64,000 nucleotides of DNA from Lepidodermella squamata (lineage: Eukaryota > Animalia > Gastrotricha). Each line of letters opens with the position of its first letter. Positions within the stretch are counted from its first letter, which is position 1. Shown here piece after piece: positions 1-13,275 of the stretch. The notes below the pieces were generated by a model. It saw nothing but the letters and a program-made list of their open reading frames with translations. It had not been told where the DNA came from and did not search any database. The stretch is from assembly GCA_047495785.1 (NCBI GenBank), contig JBLDXI010000038.1:186001-250000 (forward strand), written 5' to 3'. The position numbers and the translations under genes are program-made.

Positions 1-3000
1 TGTTCAGCAACTACCCGCTGTCAAGGCCGGCCAGCCATACAAACCACTCACGTTCTTCTTAGACAGCTTGAACGCGTTCGAGCATTGGCTCAGGTGCCAC
101 AATGGCGAGCCAGCTTTTGCCCTCCAATTGCCGATTTTGCTACAAGTCATGTTGGTGCAGGCTCATCGCGAACGCGCCCTTCAATTGTTGTGTGAATTTG
201 TTGACCTTGGCACATGGGCCGTGTGCCAAGCAATCACCGTCGGCCTGTTGCCATACATCCACCGGTTGGTGACTAACAACGAAGTAACACTAGCTGATCG
301 ACTCGTTTTTGTATGGGCGAAAATTGTTTCCATCGACAAGTCATCTCAAATGGAGCTTATCAAATGCCAAACTTTCAAGTATTTTGGAGCGGTACGTTTT
401 ATTAGTTTTAAGATGGATTCATTTTATCGATTTTTTTCTGTAAATAGCTGCTCAGTCCCGATGTTGCTGTTTCTGGCCTTCCATCGGCGCCTTCAACTCG
501 CGCTCTTGCCGCCTTTGTCCTAACTGCCGTCATGGTTCGATTCGCCAAGTTGCAATGCGAACTCAGCACTTCAAACCAGTCTCCGGGACCCAATGGGGAT
601 AGCGCAGCTGAAAATGCGCCGCCTGCTGCCGCTGCTGCAGCGTCATCGTCAACCGGCCATTCTTCAACGGCGAAGGCTGATACTCGGGGCTTGCTGACCA
701 ACACCATGCTACAAGCCGCTGAACAAGGTTTTGTCTGTTTCGAACAAGACGCTGATTTGAGGCAGTGGTTATGCCTCTGCCTATCAGCCTTGTGGCAGTC
801 TGATGACGAGGCGAAAGAGGCGGGCAGACGGCGCTTCCTATGTGACACTATGCTGATGGGCCACAATCCGACGAAACATCGACCGGCTGTTCGAGCAGCT
901 TTGGTCCGGGCCCTAGCCGCGTATCTATCCCCCTCAGCAGCGACGACTCCAATGGCGAGGACGGCGCTAGATTCAATGCGCCAGCTTGCTATTTCGATGA
1001 ATAAATTCCTGGGCGATTCAAGCCCATTGGTGCGGCTTGAATTGGTAGCGTCGCTTGCTTCAGTCGCTCAGCAATTCGAGTTTTTCGTAAAATCGAAAGA
1101 ACAGTCCGACCAGCCTGGTGGCATGGCGAAACGAGGCTCGACTGTCAATTTGCTGTCATCGGCTTCTCATAGCAACCTGCAGAACTTGGCAACGTCTCCG
1201 CCACAACGTTCAAGCCTGCTACCAGGTATGATGACTCAACAAAGCCAACCGGGCGGGGCGGTGTCGCATTTTGATGCGTTTTGCGCAACAATGATGCGTT
1301 ACATCTCTTTCCTGGCGAGTGATCCACACCCTGAGGTGCATACAGCCGCGAATCATCTGCTGAAAATCATCGAAATGAAGCAAAGCGACCCGCAGGTTAG
1401 CTACATTTTGTGTACAAAATTATTCCTATCTCGATTTATTCAGGCCATGGTACAAGCTCGTACGCTGCGATACCAGTTTGCGAGGCGCGACTCGAATTCT
1501 CTGGCTGATGACCAGCAAGAACCGCCCGGGGGTGGTGGTCTGGTTATGAGCCCGCCAGAACAGCGGACGACAATAGGCCAGTTGGCTACCGACACGAACC
1601 GCCCGCTGTTCGAAACAGGTCTGCTCGACCAGGCGTTCTCGCAGATTCAGCAACCCCTCATGTCGAATAAGACCGACGAGCAAATGTTGGCGGCTGCCGA
1701 AATAAATCAGAGGCGGAGGCGTAATTTTTCGTCTTTCGGCGGCGGCGAGTTGACATTTCGCAGTGGTGTATCTGTCGTTCAGCAGTACACGGCCAATGTG
1801 AGTCGGTATACGCGAGACCAGCTGATTTCGCATATAGCGCTGCATCCTAATTTGGACCTGATGATCGCTGCAACTGCGGAATCGGTTATTCTGATCGATC
1901 TTCTGAATTCGAATGTCGTATCATCGATAAATTTGATCACGTCAGCTCAGAAGGCGCAGTTCAGGGCCGGGGCCCCGTCGGCCTCTCCGGTTGTGCATAC
2001 GCAGTTTATCAACGCTGATCTCGTTGATGACCTGTTAATGACCGTATCTGGCGACGGTTGCTTGCGAATTTTCGATAAGTATCGATCAGAAGACGACACG
2101 CAGCTGCTGACTACGTGCAATTTACTGGCCGACCAATTCATCTCGAATATTCAGAACGTGGGCGGTGCTTCGCCTGGCATTTTCGGCGTGGGTATTGGTT
2201 TGGGCGCCCAGCCCATCTCCGGCTCGTCGATGGGTGCTTCGAGGCGCCTTTTGACGTCAGCAGCCTGGGACCAGAATGCCGGCGTGTTGTACGTGGCCGG
2301 TGATCTTCAGTTCATCCGCATGTGGTCGGCTGAGGTGGAAAACTGTGTGCAGGACATTCCTATCGGGCTGCCTTTCACCCAAATGTTGACAACATGCGTG
2401 TGCCATTCGTCGTCAGTTTTCTCAGCTTCGTCGACCCCAACCGATATGCTTGTTGCCGGCTTCTCGTCCGGTCAAGTTCGCGCCTATTCGACGACTGGCT
2501 CTAGTGGCTCGAGTGGCAGTATTCTGCTTGGCAGCCATAAAGACTCTGTCATCGGTATTAGATGGCAGCCTAAATCTTCAAATGTCATTATTAGCGCAGA
2601 GTATGAAATTTATTTAGTTTCATATTGATTGCTTAAAATATTTGAAAATTTTTAGTACGCGAGGATTTGTGCGATTTTGGGACATCAGACACCCCAATTC
2701 TGTGCTGAACGAATTCAACTCGGTTCCTGACGCCGCTGTTTTCGACGTCCATCCCGAGGCGAATCTATGCTTATGGTAAGTTGATTCTGAAATTTGACGG
2801 TTTGCATGCATTTTTTAAGGTGGATTTGTTTATTTCAGTTCTTAATCTTTTTTAAATTGAGCATATTCTTTTCTTTTAGTTCATCTCGCCACCAAAGTGG
2901 CAGTTTGTACGTGCACCCGCTGAGTTATCCCAGTCAAATGGCTCAAGTTAGAATGTCGGTGGCTGCCGCCGATCTGCCCTCGCCTCAGATCAGCAAGGAC

Positions 3001-3129
3001 CTGCTGGCACCGGTGATGAGTGCCACCGCCACATTCCATCAAAACAAGCCGTTGTTCGCAACGGCAACTGCTGACCGCCGCCTGTGTCTCTACCGAGTAG
3101 AGCCTCGCGCTACACCCGCCTTGGCTTGA
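1..3129 (+). CDS. RPTOR: Regulatory-associated protein of mTOR (Raptor), 5' part outside window; multi-exon
   Basis: LQLPILLQVMLVQAHRERALQLLCEFVDLGTWAV...VGLLPY matches the Raptor signature ([33 protein letters not shown]); HEAT-like D.SPLVRLEL and DPHPEV segments; C-terminal WD40 repeats (GDGCLRIF, AWDQ, IRMW, VRFWDIR). GT-AG introns at 392-447, 1396-1443, 2601-2656; splicing in 2776-2879 less certain. Confidence 0.92.
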
Positions 3130-3309
3130 TAGTCTTTTGTAACTCCTGCCGCGAAACCAAAAAAACATTACATATATGAATACTAATAGTGACAATATAT
3201 GAAAACAAAATCAATAATTTTTGATGATTATTCTGTATAAATATGTATACTATTAAATGTGCATTGATTGATGGATGAAACCTGCAATACTTGTAAATTT
3301 GCGCCAGAC

Positions 3310-4380
3310 GATTATGAAATGTTGAAACAATTTCCGGACGTTGAATATGCGGTGCTGTCGACGATTCGGTGATCAATTACTATTGAATGCGATTCGTTTA
3401 GCCTTTGTTTTTTTGAGCAAGTTACGCCCGAGTTTCTCCGTATAACGTTTGATAAAAATGCCAAGTAAAATTAAACAAAATGATGCCCCGTCACATAAAG
3501 GTGTAACAGCTTTTTCGAAAATATATTTTCGTGGAAATCTCGGCAGGAAGTTCAATTTCCTAATTACATACCATGTACCAAGCCACCGAGTTTCACCCAA
3601 TGACCAGATTTGTTAGATTTCGGAGCTCCTGTTCATAACATCGATTGACCTCATCGTTTCATGACTCGCGACTGGTGCCATCGGATTCTCCATCAAATTT
3701 CGCGCATTCCTATAGGCTGAAATCTGAAAACTGAATTCCGCGTTCCAGAGGCATGAACTCTTTAAGGGAAAAATTTAGAAAAATGTATGTCCCAAAATTC
3801 TAAATTATCATTATAAATCGATGAATCGACCAGTGAGTCCAAGAATAACACGTGGCCTGATAACAAGGACAAATGAATTTGGAAAAATTGAGTGGGTTCG
3901 GTGACCTTTCTCCAAGAATCGAGCCATCAATCGCATTACCAGTGATTGGGTGTTGCTATTAGCAACTTCAGCTTCAGGTCTCGGAGCACCCTGATACACC
4001 TCAAAGTTGTAGCAACAGCCTGATGCATCGCACAGCTCGAAAATGTTGATGCAAAAGGGGTGACTTTTGGATTTGATGTATTGCCTGAACGACAGCCGAC
4101 CTCGAAAATTCATCATAGATTCGTCGATAACCATGCATTTTGGCAGATTTCCTTGACAGTGGAAGTTCATCTGAAGCCGATCAAGTGTCGGTCAAATTTC
4201 GGCTAAATTATCGGTGGCTAACTGATGCTGAGCAGAATTGGGGTTTGCGAAGCAAATCGCAGTGCACAAAAGCTGGAACCTGTTCCGGCTCATCCGATTC
4301 CTTGAACCTCGGCTCCAGGACCAATAAGTAGAAAGATTGGCAACTTTTCCGTGCTCATGAGTAGCCTTATTCCAAACCAA
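3310..4380 (-). mobile_element. Decayed piggyBac (PGBD4-like) transposase fragment
   Basis: Fragments MSRNRFQLL and IDESMMNFRGRLSFRQYIKSKSHPFCINIFELCDASGCCYNFEVYQG...LVMRLM..FLEKGH are typical of DDE_Tnp_1_7 transposases; broken by stops and frameshifts; no intact TIR/TTAA pair found, so boundaries are approximate. Confidence 0.85.
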
Positions 4381-5899
4381 AGCCTAATCTCCCATGCATT
4401 AGTTGGACGCCAACTTCTACGACCTGTTTTATTTTTATTTTTATGATTTCAACGTAAATACTTGGTATTAAAATGACAAGAAGGCGAAATTAAATTTCTG
4501 TTTCTGGGCAGATGGCATAACTAATAAACCGAATTAGGATATCTTTGCCAGCTAATACTTCGTAAGAAGTCTATACTGACTACTTATCAATCAAAAAAGT
4601 ATACTCACGGCTGCCTCGAGGGGCAAATGCGAATTGTTGATTGGGGACGTATAGGTTAGTCCAAGTCGCTATCCATTTGAAAATGACCTGGGCTCCAATC
4701 ATTCTCCTGAAGAGAAAGTATGCATCATTCGACCGAGTTTCCTCAGGTGCAGATTTCCTCGAATAGGCTCGGCTAGGCTCGTCCAATTCTCGCCAGATTA
4801 CCTATAGGATCGTCCATCAAACAAGAGTAAAACTTGAAAGGTTGTGCTACTACAGCTCTACGAAACTCCTGTTGTAGGTTCAGAATTTCAATGCGAATTC
4901 GAAAATGAAATAAAACCTATGTAATGTATTGTGATGAGAAATGATATAAGAAGTAAGCTTAATAGATGAGACTCTATTACAGTACTAAGGTTGAACTGTA
5001 AACGGGCCGATTTCTTAGAAATTTCACAATTTCGCGTTAGCCTCGAAGATGGGTAAAAGAAGGCCTCAACGCGCAGCTCCACGCTTGAATGTTGTTCCTG
5101 ATGGCAAAAGCATCAGCTACAAGGACTTCAAATCTGAAACTTATAGGTTCACTCGCATCGGATTTGTCAGCGCAAAGAAGTATCCCCAAACGAAACCCGA
5201 GCAGAAACGAAACCCGAATTCATTCTCAATCGCGAATTCAAGGAAACGTGCAACAACTACGAAGGCTGGTTTTTCGTATACAATTTCACGGATAAAACCT
5301 TCCATTTTTCAAGTAAATGTCTCGAAAACCCCCTCAAAGCGACTTCATGATCATGGCAAGTCGTATCCTGATTTTTTCAGGCTTTATTGGGCACCCCGAG
5401 ACACTACCGCTAAAGTGTTATGGGATCTATTGTTAGATTTTCTCAGTCTGAGTGGATGCGCTAGGCTACTCTCATGGCTGTTCTGAGATCTTCAGGCTTA
5501 ACTTATTTGAGATTTATTCCGGTATCCACAACCGAACCGACATCTTTTTATCTTTTTAAAAGTCTAACTTCATTTTACTCATTTTTTCATTTAAAATTAG
5601 AAAAACACGCTCACTGCACCTCACAGGTTAATATGATATATGCTGGTTTCGAGGCCGATTCGAAACCTGATTATATGAACGGCGGTGAAGGTTCTAGGTC
5701 GTGGTTACTTCGGCTGGGAAGTGCATTAGCTTTGAAAAATTATTAATGAACTTATAATTTTATGTTAAAATAAATAAAAAGCCGAAAATAATTCAGCAGA
5801 TGAATTTTGCTCGAGAGCGAATGATGAAAGAGACAACATTAAGATCGCTCCCAATTCGGAAGCGTCGTTAGAAACGACTCGGTTTAACGAAACCAGCGA

Positions 5900-8450
5900 A
5901 ATCAGGATTACTATTGCAAGTCCTGAAAATAGCTCAACTCGATGCCAAAGCTCGATTACTGCGTCTTGCTGCTATGGAACCTGGAAACTGAGCTATAACG
6001 TCTCCTCTTTTCCGAGGCATGAGGCCACGGTCATTTTTGACTTCTGTTAAGCAAATCTAACCGACCTGAAAGGCCTAAGGTAGGTTACTTAATAGGCAGC
6101 GGGCAGCGCAGCGGCACTCGACACTCATTCGATCTGCAACATTTTACCAGCAGCAAACCTGAGAGGTGTTCTTTCAATGAATTGACAAGACCTCATCGAG
6201 ATATCTCGACATATCAATCACCCGATGTAAGTTCCTATTTCCGTCAAGATATTGACGATCTATTTCCTCCGATCTTTAGATCCACCTTTTCAACTACAAT
6301 GCTACGCTAAGCTTGACGTTAAGCGGCGAGTGATAGACTGGATATGGCCATGAGACGTAGCTACGTCTCATGGATATGGCGAACCATGCGAGTTTTCACT
6401 TTCTATTATTTGTTAATCGTCTCGTACCTTTTGACCGGATTGTTAATTGAGGCCAATAAAACGTTCAGAACGCTTTTTGTTTCGTTTTTGTTCATTTCAC
6501 CTGTAAACATGTCTCAGGCTAGCCTATCGTGAATGCAGTTTTACAACCATGCGAGTCTCGCCATGTCTAATTAATATGCGGGAAGAGCAGTACAAGAAGT
6601 ATGGCTACTTCACAAATATGGGCATCTAGTTTGAGGTTTCCCCACCGGTCTCTTTCATTCCTTTTAGGTCGTTCGACTCATCGACTCCTTCCATAGGTTA
6701 GGTTTGCCCGGTGGTATCGGTTTCTTGTCGTCAAAGGTCATTGTTACAAAGATTCTAAGCCTCTAATTTCCAGAATTTTTTTTATTAGAAAAATCCGTTC
6801 ACATGTTGTTAAATGCCACCCCGAGGGCACCGAGCATATATAATGATAGTTAGTATCGCGGTTAGGAAACGGTAGGATAGCACTAGAGTTATTATTATTA
6901 TTATTTCCATCATTTATCATTAATTAGTATTATTTGGTTATTATTTTGTAAGAGTTTCGAGACGTGGCCTATTTTTAAGGTTCCTCTTATTTGTGATCAA
7001 TCGTTTCGGATCGGCTTGAAATTCTGCTTGATCCAACATGTTGAAAATAACGCGTTATTAAGATTTTTGACGCGTTAATGAACGTTTCGCTGGTATCAAT
7101 CTGACCCATTTCTAATGCAAAAGGCACACAAAGCAGACTAGCTTTCAAGCCTTGACTGTTAATTCTTGCTCCGTATTTGTATATTTTCCTGTTACCTTCT
7201 GCAATTGGCTTCTTATGACGTTTCGGGTTTTTTCATCTCTAGTCGTATTATTTTATGTTTTGTTGATAATTATGATTGATATGACTTTGTTCGCTAGATA
7301 CAAGTGTTACTGCAATTTTCCCAATTACGCGAGGAATCGGCCAAACGTCGACAAATATTAACAATAAAATGAAAATAAAGCCTTTAATCAAGTCTTTTGC
7401 CTGGATTTTTTACACCAAAATTTATTGCATGAAAGGCAACATTCAAGCATTATTTTCCATCTCTATACAGGGGATTTGTAAAAATAATATAATTACATAA
7501 CGCGTTATAATTTTATGACGCGTATAAGAGCACTACGCAAAAAAGTCCGGTCCACCGTATGTTCATTTTTCGTAGTGAATCTATGGTGAAGTTTTGTAGA
7601 AGACAATGCCAATTTCTTTGAGATCCGATATATTTCAAGAACATGAAAACACTTCATCGTGGAACCAGGGTTTATTTTTTGCATACGATGACGTTCGAAT
7701 CCCAAATCAGTGACCGGACCAGTGTAGATCACTGCTCTCGACGTAGTATAGACGTATCAGTATAGAAAAATAGAGTGAGATTTTTTCTAGCAGGCCTCGC
7801 AGTTGACAGCCGCTGGAAAATCCCAATCCTTATATGACTTGTCAGAAAAGGTTTATGTCCCTCGGCAATCAATGTTATAGTACCCATCACAAGTCTTTCC
7901 GATTAGCCCAGAAGTGCAGCTTCAAATATAGACCTGACCCCCTTCCTTACGAATTTCGGTTTATTTCTAAGCCTGTCCACATTTTCCGATATATTGTCAT
8001 GTAGGTAAAGCTTAAGGTAAAGCTTCTAATAGCGCTATTGGTTTAAAACAGTTTGTTGGTACCTAATTTTGATTGGAAGCGGTCTTAAGGGGAATCCTTG
8101 CTTGGGACTTGGGAAAAGGATAGGAATATCTCGTAAGTAAATCTAGAGGTGTTTTATGTGTTACATGGTCCAATTCTGAAATATATGGCAAAACGCGTAC
8201 TTGACAGCTTATGACCAAGTGTCCTCAAAAAAGCTTTCGCTCAGCTTTACGGGGATCCTGACTTTGAGCCTATTCGATGGTCAACTTCAAGTGTAAGGAA
8301 GGAACCTGCTTACTAATTTACCATAATTTTAATGATTTGAAGAATCGTGCGGTGTAGGGATAACTTTTACTCATTTACCACCCTCGAGAACTTCGTATTT
8401 GCTTAAAACCTAAGAATATTCCAATAGAAAGACTAAATTTTCTACCGGGA
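5900..8450 (+). mobile_element. Possible highly decayed Ty3/gypsy LTR-retrotransposon pol remnants
   Basis: Faint motifs in the expected order: DIDDLF (~6248, RT start), KYGYFTNMGI*FEV (~6595, resembles TAFxTxxGxYEF), AQLYGDP and YHP (~8240-8385, integrase-like). No open frame; weak. Confidence 0.25.
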
Positions 8451-9633
8451 TTACTTTCGTGGCACCTCCTAGCTCGCACTTCTCAATATATAGGACTAGG
8501 ATCGGAATTCTCCTGAGCTAAAAATTAGAAATTTTAGCAGCAACACACTCAGTTTTACCCATGCAACTAGTTGGAACTTGGTAAACAACGGTAAGGCATT
8601 ATTATATGATATTTAGATATCAGGCGTTTTGTCGATGTCCTCAATCGCTTATTAATCCAATAAAGTTATACCTAGGGTCTTAGAGCTAGTTAAAAAATAA
8701 GCTGGGACTTGCTTTTACGGTTCATCAGCTATCACTAAAACGCATTATAAATTTGTAACGCGTTATTTTACCTGTATATAGGCAGTTTTCTCTTTGTTTT
8801 CTCAGGAAGAGGTTTAACATTGGAGCAGAGTAGGGTCATTTATGATTTGGAATATGGGAAAGGTTATAACGCATACTACTGCTGATACGTTTCTGGAGCA
8901 GCTCAGAATTCAACATTATTGGCATTGGGAAGCGTGTTGCCTTCAAGGATACATTCAAAGCCGTTCCACGCTTCCCAACGTTGGAGAGCGTAGAGCGGCT
9001 TTGAATGTATTCTACGGTAGGCATGGGAGCACAATTCAGAAGGCAATAGAGAGGCGGCAAAATTATGCTAGGCAGATATCAGACCTCAGACGCATCTAAG
9101 GACCAAGGTATCGACATAGACGGATATGTGGTCTAATTATGTTGCTTTTAAAAGCTTCCATCTGTGTGTCTAAGATGAATGGCATTCGGCATATTTGCGT
9201 AAACTTTTCGCGCTGAAATATCTTGAAAACGGCAGCAGGGCTATTTTTAGCAAAAGACGGCGTTTGTAGCACACACGCACCATGTGCCTGGTGAATCATT
9301 CAACGCATGCTGCTGCGCCGGTTATTAATGCACGCGTTCTCGCCCCAAATCAGTTTTTTCCTGCATCCTCTTTTAGTTATAAGCAAAATATTTAATTCTA
9401 CGACCCGCAAAACCCGGATTTCGTTAATTATCCAGCCGGCTAGGTATACAAGTTGGAAAATTCTAATTGTATACCCATTTTATTATGCTATCTTACTTTC
9501 CAAGAATTTAAAGGAGTTGAGTGCATCACGGACATTCCTTTTTCGCGCCATGCGAATTTTCATCGAAATGATTTTTTTAGCACAATGGCCGTGGTTTAAC
9601 TTAATAATTTTTCCAATCGAATGCTCACATCTC

Positions 9634-11368
9634 ATGGCAACTTCTGAATCTCATCGGCTACTTTCGCGCGAACTAAAAAGGTTTGAACCCCAATTGAGGT
9701 TTTTAAATTTCCTATTAAAATGATTTCCTGCGCTCAGGCTTACCGACGTGTTTGAAGACAGCGGCATTAACGTCTTACCCGATGAAGACAATTTTTTCGT
9801 ATGGAAGCTGTGGTTCCAAGGCCCTGAAGGGACGGCATTTGAAAAAGGCACGTTCCACCTTGAGCTACGCTTTCCCGATAATTACCCACAAAAGCCGCCG
9901 GCTATCAAATTCCTTAATAGGATATTTCATCCGAATGGTACGTCTTGACTCTGATTTCCTCTGAATTATACAGATTACGGTTTCCTTCATTATAGTCCAT
10001 TTGGATGGATCCCTTTGTCTGGATATCCTAAGCAGTAACTGGTCGCCATGCTGCGACGTGTCGCTAATTGTCTGTTCAATCCGCGACTTTCTCGAGAATC
10101 CTAATCCTTACTCTCCAGCCAATGCAAACGCCGCGCTTCTATTCAGCCACGACCCGGATGCGTATCATGACCGTGTTCGGCGCCTTATCGACGCCCAGGG
10201 CGACAGCAACGCTGAGATGGCAATCCTAAATGAACCGATCAGCTCCGTCGAACTTCAGATGAAAGATGTCCGAATAAGCCGCGAAGCAGTTGCCAGAGTT
10301 CGACTTTCCCAAGATTTCGATCAGTACGGTTTTAGATTGAGGTGTTTTTATATTTAAAAACTAATTCGTGATAGGTTGAAACGGACAGTCGATCAACTAG
10401 ATGGTATTTCAGACCTGAATATGACAACATCTGATCTAAAACTGAGTGGAAAATTACTCGGCCGACAGCCATTCTACATACAATTTTCAAACACATATCC
10501 CCATGGCGTGGCCAGGGCTAATTTCGAAGACTGCCCACCTCATCCTAATAGTAAGGATTCTCAGGTTTTACCTTGTATTCATTTCTCCACAAATTGAAGT
10601 CTTCAAAGGGAAAATAATTTGTGTTCCATTACAGTTTCGCCCGACGGAATCCTATCGCTTAATCAGCAATCTTTCCGAAACTGGACCAGCAATCGTCGCG
10701 GAACAGGGCGACTTGGGTCTCTTCTCGCCAGCATTTTAGCCATTTTTGCCTCACCTAGTTCGGAGGCCGTAATTGTCAACCCTGCCGCAGCTCATCTTGC
10801 TGGAATATCGCATAAGTCCTGCCTTTCTCGTGAAGCTCAATTGCGGCTAGAAGACGAGCTAGCCGAGTAAGTTCCTTATAAATCTTGAATTTCAATTGTA
10901 TATAAGCGTTTTTGAACTTTTTGGTTACTGCGGGCGATTTGCAGGGTGCTCGTATTTGTCCTTTTTGGTGTCTTCTTCCAACTTGGGTCTCTAAAGTTGT
11001 TTTCAATTTAAACAGACTTAACTCGGCTTCGCCGTTCGGAATTAGCGCTGGGCCCACTGAACAAGATAACCTTTGGACCGTTGTAGTAGTTGGACCGGAG
11101 GCGTCGCCTCGCGAAGGCATAGTCTACAATCTCGAAATGGAATTCTCACCACGATACCCTTCGGAAGTTCCAACTCTTCGGTTCGTTGAACCTCGCTTAT
11201 TGCACCAACAAGGCAAGTTTCAAGTCAAATCATTGGCGTCTTTGACAGCAATATTATCATCTAATTTCAGTTGATCAACTCAGTGGTGTCGTGAAGCTTG
11301 ACTTTGAGTGGACTGAGCACACGCGAATCAGTAGCTTATTACTGGCTGTGCAAATGCTGATGCTGTAA
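9634..11368 (+). CDS. Triple-UBC-domain protein A (Rad6/UBE2A-like E2 + two catalytically dead UEV-like domains), ~425 aa
   Basis: Exons 9634-9680, 9738-9937, 9996-10323, 10375-10550, 10635-10866, 11016-11212, 11271-11368 join into one 1278-nt open frame. D1 [23 protein letters not shown]...PNPYSPAN; D2 PPHPNISPDGILSLN; D3 GPEASPREG...YPSEVP...LLHQQVDQLSGVVKLDF. Confidence 0.85.
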
Positions 11369-11785
11369 TGTATTAAGTTGTGAACTATATTATCATTGTT
11401 GATCTTCCCTTGTTCGATCTCACGCCATTTTGTTTGTTACGGCGTGCATTTTTTAAAACCTTTCAAGCGACTTTGCGTTTCATGCAATAAAAAATTTCCT
11501 TGGTAATATAATTTGGCATATGTTATGAATATCGCAATTGGGCGGAATATGAGCGTGAAGCTGCGTGTTGGTCAACGGTATCTTATCTTCGTTTATTTAG
11601 CGTAATCTTACTGATACCCCTCAAAGCTGGGAAATCAGCCGCTGTGCATATTTGGCACGCAACTCTGCCCTCCTACGTTTTCTTGGCCAGCGGTAGTCAC
11701 GAATTCGTGACCACCACTCCTCGGTACATATACAAAACAGCCCACATTTTCCGTTTCAGGTCATTGCATTCCTCCAAACTCAATT

Positions 11786-13275
11786 ATGACGCGTCGACTA
11801 CTAGACGAGCTCAAGAAGTTCGTTTTATCAATTTTTAATCTTCGAAACTTGAATTTCAGGATTATTTCAGATTCCATGACCATCCTGTCGATTGGGCCAG
11901 TGTGGAGCAGGACCCTATCGATTTGAGAAGATGGCTGTGTTCAATCCAAGGACCTGTTGGTACAGCTTTTGAAGGAGGAAATTTCAGTCTTCAGTTGCAA
12001 TTCTCAGAAGAATATCCCGCAAAAGCTCCTTCCGCATCTTTCCTCACTGAGATTTTTCATCCAAACGGTAAGGAAAGTCCTTTAAGCTGTAGCCTGGAAG
12101 ATTTAATTTATTTATCCTAGTTGGAAATGATGGTAAGGTTTGCATCGATATTTTACGCGACGCCTGGAACCCTCGTTTCGATGTTCCGATCCTTCTTATG
12201 GCTATAAGGCAATTTCTCTGCTACCCCAGCCTTAAATCGCCTGTAAATAAAACGGCCTCCGATCTCTATATCAACGATGTCGACGATTTCGAAAATAGGG
12301 TGAAGACTATTATTCGAGAAACCTCTCGCTGTAAGAGCCAGAAAAAGCCAGCTGGCGTCACTGCTTATCATTTATCGCCGATCAGTTCTTGGAACCCTGT
12401 CGAAATTGGGAGGTGTTGTTTGGAACGTGATTTCGAAAGGTAACCTGGTGGTTATACAACAGTGTAGTTTACCTAATTAACAAAATTAGGCTTGGCCAAG
12501 ATTTGGATAGCTTCAGAAACTTGGAAGTCGACCTAAAGCGAATGACTATTTCAGGATCAATTACTGGTCCGAGAAACAGCCCATTGTTCAATCTGACGTA
12601 TGACTTCACGATCGAATTCGAAGGCAGCTATCCGAACTGTTCGACCTGGGTTAAATTTCACACTCATATTTATCATCCGAATTGTGAGAACTTAGCATTT
12701 TTCAATTTCAAGTAATTTTTATCTAATTTCGCAGTCACGGATGATGGCCGGATAGACCAGCGATTATTCTCATCAAAGCCAACATGCGGATCAAATCGAC
12801 TGGAGATCATTCTGTCGACCATGCAATCCCTGATGTGCAACCCGAATCCTAATTTTATCGTAAACTCCGAAGCATTGAGCATTTTCCATCGACCAGCCAA
12901 CGTACAACCGATCTTGTCGAATTTCGCCAAAGCGAGACTTCGAAATGAGTATAAACGCCTAAATAATGGCGTTCTGAAGCCTGTGGAGTCAAGCGATTTC
13001 ACCCTCTGGAAAGCTTCGATCGAAGACGAATTGTCGAAAAATACCTCAGAATTTAGCATCGAAATTCCGGAAGACTATCCTTTCCGGTGCCCTAGCGTGA
13101 AATTAGTTTCTTCCAAATTGTCCGAAGCCTGTGAAAGTAAGTTTTCCTATTCCGTCGATTTAATTTTTACGTTATAATTATTCATAAAGTTGGAAAGCGA
13201 TTGGCGAAATTGGAGCAAATGTGGAAGCCGACCAATGATTTGATCGATTTGGTGAAATGGCTGCAATTTAGCTGA
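11786..13275 (+). CDS. Triple-UBC-domain protein B (paralog of A), ~409 aa
   Basis: Exons 11786-11817, 11871-12067, 12121-12439, 12490-12683, 12735-13136, 13190-13275 join into one 1230-nt open frame. D1 GPVGTAFEGG...[23 protein letters not shown]; D2 GPRNSP...IYHPNFTDDGRIDQRLF; D3 RLRNEYKRL...IPEDYPFRCPSVKL...WKP. Confidence 0.85.

Noticed and set aside
5049-5486. 145-aa basic ORF, and ORF 8842-9099
   Set aside because: No family motif or splice structure; they lie in a region of probable transposon debris.
9748-13177. Reading the UBC fragments as six small genes or pseudogenes
   Set aside because: The linkers between repeats are open coding sequence inside single exons, and the spliced frames have no stops.
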